41,432 nucleotides of DNA from an uncultured Mycoplasmatota bacterium (lineage in GTDB: Bacteria; Bacillota_I; Bacilli_A; RF39; UBA660), in assembly GCA_900551925.1 (NCBI GenBank), contig URXR01000001.1, positions 1-41,432 of the forward strand, written 5' to 3'. How positions within the stretch are numbered: position 1 is the stretch's first letter; every line of letters starts with the position of its first letter. Under the pieces are notes generated by a model that ran no database searches, was not told where the DNA came from, and saw only the letters and a program-made list of their open reading frames with translations. The position numbers and the translations under genes are program-made. Of the stretch, positions 37,796-41,432 are shown one piece after another.

Positions 37796-38998
37796 TTATA
37801 TTTTCCTTGTTAAAGTTTTTCCTTCTTTAAAATTACAATCAGAAGGGCATTTAAAATCAGGAAAAGTACAACGAGCGCCTTTAGTATATTTTTTAATATC
37901 ATCTTTTAAATAATGATTTTTTTCTTCTAGAGCTTCTTTGTATTCCATTAAAGTGTCTCTAGTTTGTCTCATTATTTCTAATTGAGCGGCACTACATAAT
38001 CTTTCTTTACATTTTAAAATGAAATCTTCATAATTACCTCTTTCAGAGATAAGAACTTTTTCTCCTTGAGGATTAATATTTTGAACACTTTGCATATCTT
38101 TTAACCATTCTTTTACTAATTTTTCATCATCTTCAATGATTGGAGGAACAAAATATTCTTTATCCTCAAGCATTTCTAATTCATAAGAAATAGTACGATG
38201 ACGTTGAGCCTGAGCATATTCTGCAAAAGATCCTTTGTAAAGAGTTGAATAAACATCTCCAAAATGAGTTTCTCTGTTATGAGCATTTTTATTAAATAAG
38301 GAAAGTCCTCTTTCTTTTTCATTTTGTAATAGTCTATCCTCTAAAATATTTAGTCTATTTAATTCACTTACAAATTCTTTCATTGCTTCTTTTAATTTCC
38401 TAGTGAATTCATCTTTGGATGGAGTTTCTTCAATATATTTCATCATCCAAGAAGCTATATAATTTATTTGTCTAAAAGATGTAGTGTACACCATTTGAGT
38501 TGGCATGAATACTGTTACAAAATAACGAGCATTTTCTTGAGCTAATTTAGTTATTTTAGTGTCATTAAAAACATTTCCATAACTATCTTTAATTTTAATT
38601 TTTAAGATTTCTAACCATTTGTTGTATAATTCTTCTTCAGCTTTAGTGAGTTTTGAATCATCTTCTACAATAACTGGAGTATATCTTGCTGATTTTTCAG
38701 AAGTTGTATATTGCTTTTCATTGTTAATAATCATGGCTAAAATTTTAGGAACATTTTGAAGATTTAAACTTATGTTATTGTGATCATAAACACTATGATG
38801 ACCATTATTTAAAGTCAAATTAACTCGTCTTTCGGTTTTTTCTAATGATTCATCTTTAATATGATTAAATCCTTCTTTATCATAACAAACTCCTGCTACT
38901 TGTCCACTAAAAATAATAGAGTTATCTTGATTATAAGTACCATCTTCATTCAAAAAAATAGTATTAGGTAAAATATCAATTCTTATTTTCTTTTTCAT
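37796..38998 (-). CDS. ThyX-like (Thy1 family) protein with an internal duplication
   Basis: Module 1: NGHHSVYDH...TTSEKSARY...ENARYFV. It is ThyX-like but has NEK in place of RHR. Module 2: AQAQRHRTISYE...SAAQLEIMRQTR, with RHR and AQxEI retained. 400 aa, about twice the size of the canonical ThyX (Thermotoga maritima) I compared it with. Confidence 0.65.
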   Translation of the reverse strand: MKKKIRIDILPNTIFLNEDGTYNQDNSIIFSGQVAGVCYDKEGFNHIKDESLEKTERRVNLTLNNGHHSVYDHNNISLNLQNVPKILAMIINNEKQYTTSEKSARYTPVIVEDDSKLTKAEEELYNKWLEILKIKIKDSYGNVFNDTKITKLAQENARYFVTVFMPTQMVYTTSFRQINYIASWMMKYIEETPSKDEFTRKLKEAMKEFVSELNRLNILEDRLLQNEKERGLSLFNKNAHNRETHFGDVYSTLYKGSFAEYAQAQRHRTISYELEMLEDKEYFVPPIIEDDEKLVKEWLKDMQSVQNINPQGEKVLISERGNYEDFILKCKERLCSAAQLEIMRQTRDTLMEYKEALEEKNHYLKDDIKKYTKGARCTFPDFKCPSDCNFKEGKTLTRKI

Positions 38999-39102
38999 AT
39001 ACTTCTCCTTTGTCTTTATTTTCCCTAGTATTCTTTTCTTTTAATAATTGTATCATAGATGGTAAGAAAAATGCAATATAACAAATATTTAAAAAATTTA
39101 TC

Positions 39103-40290
39103 TTATTTTTTTAGCTTTAAGTAGCTTAAACATTCAACATGTTTTGTTCTTGGAAACATATTAAAAATATCTATTTTTTGTAGTTCATAATTATTAAGAC
39201 TTTCTATATCTCTTTTTAAGGTACTAGGATTACAGGAAACATAAATTATTTTTTTAGATTTCATTTTATTTAAATTTTTGATAACTTCCTTACTTAAACC
39301 ACTTCGAGGAGGGTCCACTACTACTACATCAAAATATTCTTTTATAATACTTGCATCACCATTTATTATTTTATAATTTTTAATATTGTTTATTTCTATC
39401 ATTTTCTTACCACACGAAACTGATTTTTTGTTTACTTCTACTCCGGTGATATGGTTACAAACATCACTACAAAAAATACCAATACTACCGGTACCACAAT
39501 ATAAGTCTAATAATTTATCTGTTTCTTTTACATATTGTTTTATTTTGTTATACAAGGCTTTCATACAATCATTATTAATTTGAAAGAAAGAATCTTCATT
39601 AATTAAGTATTTCTTGCTATCAATAATTATACTTATATATTCCTTTCCATAAACTAAGTTATTGTTTATAAAAATTGAACTTAGATTTGAATAATTTGTT
39701 AAAACGTTAAGATCTTTGTTAGTTATTGTTCCAATTATTTTTAAAAGTAATTTTTTATTAGTTCCTTCTTTTATTACAAGTTCTTTAACATTAGATAGAT
39801 CTATTTGTTTTAAGATTTCTATAAAGTTATTTATTTCTTCTTGGACTAGTAAACAATTAGAAATGTTTATCAAGGAGTTACTTTTTTCTTCATAGAAACC
39901 TAGTTTTCTATTTTCTACATGAAGAGTAACTTTATTCCGATAATTAAAGGGGTTAAAATAAGTGTAAGATAGTGGAACACCTTGAAAAAGCTTTTGAATA
40001 TAGTTCTTTTTTAACTCGTTTTCTCTGGTATAAGAAATGTGCAAAAGATTACATCCACCACATTTATAATAATAAGGACATATAACTTTGGTATTAGAAT
40101 TAGCATGCTTAAGATAAGAAATTACTTCTCCAATAGCATATTTCTTTTTTACTTTAGTAATTTTTACCTTTACAAAATCTCCTTTGATGGTAAAGGGGAC
40201 AAAAACTGGAAAATTTTTTATTTTTAAAATACCATTTCCATTTAAATTATCATCAATTATTTTACCTTCATATATATCATTTTCTTTCAT
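39103..40290 (-). CDS. TRAM-domain RNA (uracil-5-)-methyltransferase, RlmD/RlmCD/TrmA family
   Basis: N-terminal TRAM domain, Fe-S Cys cluster CPYYYKCGGCNLLH, SAM motif LLDLYCGTGSIG, DPPRSG, catalytic YVSCNPSTL. The start at M6 has AAGGAG 6 nt upstream. Confidence 0.88.
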   Translation of the reverse strand: MKENDIYEGKIIDDNLNGNGILKIKNFPVFVPFTIKGDFVKVKITKVKKKYAIGEVISYLKHANSNTKVICPYYYKCGGCNLLHISYTRENELKKNYIQKLFQGVPLSYTYFNPFNYRNKVTLHVENRKLGFYEEKSNSLINISNCLLVQEEINNFIEILKQIDLSNVKELVIKEGTNKKLLLKIIGTITNKDLNVLTNYSNLSSIFINNNLVYGKEYISIIIDSKKYLINEDSFFQINNDCMKALYNKIKQYVKETDKLLDLYCGTGSIGIFCSDVCNHITGVEVNKKSVSCGKKMIEINNIKNYKIINGDASIIKEYFDVVVVDPPRSGLSKEVIKNLNKMKSKKIIYVSCNPSTLKRDIESLNNYELQKIDIFNMFPRTKHVECLSYLKLKK

Positions 40291-40323
40291 AAAATACTCC
40301 TTCATTAATAAAAAAAGAAGCTT

Positions 40324-40602
40324 TTATTTTTCATAAACGCTTACTTGTTTTTTATCTCTTCCTAATCTTTCATACTTAATTATACCATCTACTTTAGCAT
40401 ATAAAGTATGGTCATTTCCGATTCCAACTCCTGCTCCAGGATAAATTCTAGTTCCTCTTTGACGATAGATAATTGAACCAGCTTTAGCAAACTCACCATC
40501 TGCTACTTTAGCTCCTAATCTTCTTCCTCGAGAGTCTCTACCATTTGAAGTAGAACCTCCTCCTTTTTTATGAGCAAATAATTGGATATTTAATTTCATC
40601 AT
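40324..40602 (-). CDS. rpmA: 50S ribosomal protein L27 with a cleavable N-terminal extension
   Basis: [24 protein letters not shown]... matches L27 plus the Firmicute propeptide. Confidence 0.97.
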   Translation of the reverse strand: MMKLNIQLFAHKKGGGSTSNGRDSRGRRLGAKVADGEFAKAGSIIYRQRGTRIYPGAGVGIGNDHTLYAKVDGIIKYERLGRDKKQVSVYEK

Positions 40603-40613
40603 AATATTTCCTC

Positions 40614-40910
40614 CTATAAAAATTTAATGTTTTTGGGATAATCATTTTCTAACTCTTTTAATAAATCAAGCATATTGATAAGTAATGTATTTACAATATC
40701 ATTTTCTTTTCGTATTTCAATTAGAAAAATACTTTCATCATAGAAAATTGCTTCTTTATCTAGTTTTTCTATAGCATTAACAGTAGTAGTTACAATACTA
40801 CTTACGGCAGCACAAACGATATCTTTTCCGTATTTATCATATTTAGCATGACCTGTGATAGTTATTTTTTTTAATTTAGAATTATCTTTTATTACTTCTA
40901 TTTTAATCAT
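40614..40910 (-). CDS. prp: Ribosomal-processing cysteine protease Prp
   Basis: ITGHA...[11 protein letters not shown] His/Cys dyad motifs. Located between rplU and rpmA. Confidence 0.9.
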   Translation of the reverse strand: MIKIEVIKDNSKLKKITITGHAKYDKYGKDIVCAAVSSIVTTTVNAIEKLDKEAIFYDESIFLIEIRKENDIVNTLLINMLDLLKELENDYPKNIKFL

Positions 40911-40915
40911 AATAA

Positions 40916-41218
40916 TTATCCATTAATTTTAGTAATTTCTACTTTTGTATATGGTTGACGATGTCCTTGTGCTTTACGAGTACTTTTCTTTTTGTTAACG
41001 TATTTAAAAATTCTAATTTTTTTATTTTTACCATGTTTTAGAACTTTACCTGTAACTTTAGCGTCTTTTACTAAAGGATTACCAATATTTCCATCAACCA
41101 TTAGTACTTCATCGAAAACAACATTTTTTCCTTCTTCGGCATTTAGTTTTTCAACATAAATAATTTGTCCTTCTTCTACTAAATATTGTTTTCCTCCGGT
41201 TTTAATAATAGCTTTCAT
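40916..41218 (-). CDS. rplU: 50S ribosomal protein L21
   Basis: [25 protein letters not shown]...[12 protein letters not shown] is canonical L21. Confidence 0.97.
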   Translation of the reverse strand: MKAIIKTGGKQYLVEEGQIIYVEKLNAEEGKNVVFDEVLMVDGNIGNPLVKDAKVTGKVLKHGKNKKIRIFKYVNKKKSTRKAQGHRQPYTKVEITKING

Positions 41219-41315
41219 ACATACCTCCTTTTAAATACTTAAGACTCACTTTTAAGGTGCCTAAAGTTTAGGACTTTTACCTTTTCAATGTGGTTTAAAG
41301 CTGAGGCCTTAAACA
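41219..41315 (-). ncRNA. Probable ribosomal protein L21 leader (structured 5' UTR of rplU-prp-rpmA)
   Basis: About 95 nt of UTR between the predicted promoter and rplU, with stems such as cctaaa/tttagg and gtttaa/ttaaac. Firmicutes have a known L21 leader at this position. Not verified against a covariance model. Confidence 0.4.
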
Positions 41316-41321
41316 TATAAG

Positions 41322-41350
41322 ATTTTATCATAAGTTTACCTAGAAGTCAA
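41322..41350 (-). promoter_or_regulatory. Sigma-A-type promoter of the rplU operon
   Basis: Minus strand reads TTGACT (41345-41350), 17 nt, then TAAAAT (41322-41327). Confidence 0.6.
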
Positions 41351-41432
41351 TATTTACTTAGGTTATTCTTCTAAGAGTATGATTATTTTATGATAATGTC
41401 TTAAGTAATAACTTGGGAAAATGTCCCGGGTA

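Noticed and set aside
34991-38998. The helicase + tmk + ThyX-like cluster as a possible DNA hypermodification or defence system.
   Set aside because: ThyX followed by Tmk is simply the standard dTMP-to-dTDP route. All neighbours (murD, the rRNA methyltransferase, the rplU operon) are core genes on the same strand. No glycosyltransferase, nuclease or other modification enzyme is present. The helicase repeats and the ThyX duplication are kept as separate low-to-moderate observations.
2200-40227. Short ORFs in the six-frame track lying antisense to, or nested inside, long well-supported genes: 2200-2397, 6466-6762, 8729-8917, 9307-9498, 12222-12431, 12720-12938, 13777-14100, 16105-16314, 18036-18341, 22457-22669, 25640-25843, 28195-28506, 30334-30540, 32320-32559, 32563-32778, 35880-36179, 36031-36321, 36309-36503, 39386-39583 and 40039-40227.
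   Set aside because: Each overlaps a long ORF with clear family motifs, lacks a Shine-Dalgarno site, and has the low-complexity Leu/Ile/Phe/Ser-rich composition expected from out-of-frame or reverse-strand reading of AT-rich coding DNA.
1-41432. Looked for CRISPR arrays, rRNA genes, IS elements with terminal inverted repeats and further tRNAs.
   Set aside because: I saw no regularly spaced direct repeats, no rRNA-like conserved blocks, no transposase ORFs and only the single tRNA-Gly. The only tandem repeats are the coding HA modules.

Overview
This is a very AT-rich chromosomal segment from a spore-forming, low-GC Bacillota-type organism. The evidence is spoIIGA-sigE, the L21-Prp-L27 operon and Shine-Dalgarno sites of the AAGGAGG type. 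Most of the window is housekeeping: leuS, pdp, murD, holA, rmuC, tmk, a ThyX-like gene, an rRNA methyltransferase and two ABC exporters.

The main accessory feature is a roughly 9.2 kb integrative mobilizable element (about 20047-29299). It sits at the 3' end of a tRNA-Gly(GCC) gene and is bounded by a 9-bp direct repeat, ATGGAGCGA. It carries a large serine recombinase, a MobV/Pre relaxase and cargo.

The most interesting cargo is a tightly coupled two-gene operon (20144-22618). One gene encodes a Cys-cluster + HNH nuclease + sigma-70-region-4-like HTH protein. The other encodes an all-alpha (DUF5677-like) protein fused to a pyroglutamyl-peptidase-I-like domain with an intact Glu-Cys-His triad. 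I do not recognise this pairing as a named defence system and flag it as the best candidate for an undescribed conflict/defence module. A TM-protein/YdeN-type hydrolase pair and an APH-kinase/transglutaminase-like fusion lie next to it.

Outside the island, other points stand out:
- A G9 homopolymer lies immediately after the start codon of a secreted glycine-rich/discoidin/LamG protein, so it is a likely phase-variation switch.
- A radical-SAM YtqA-like protein is naturally fused to a YtqB-like methyltransferase.
- A helicase carries four tandem HA-domain repeats.
- A ThyX-like protein is internally duplicated, with complementary motif loss in its two halves.

All domain calls come from reading motifs by eye. 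No database search was run.
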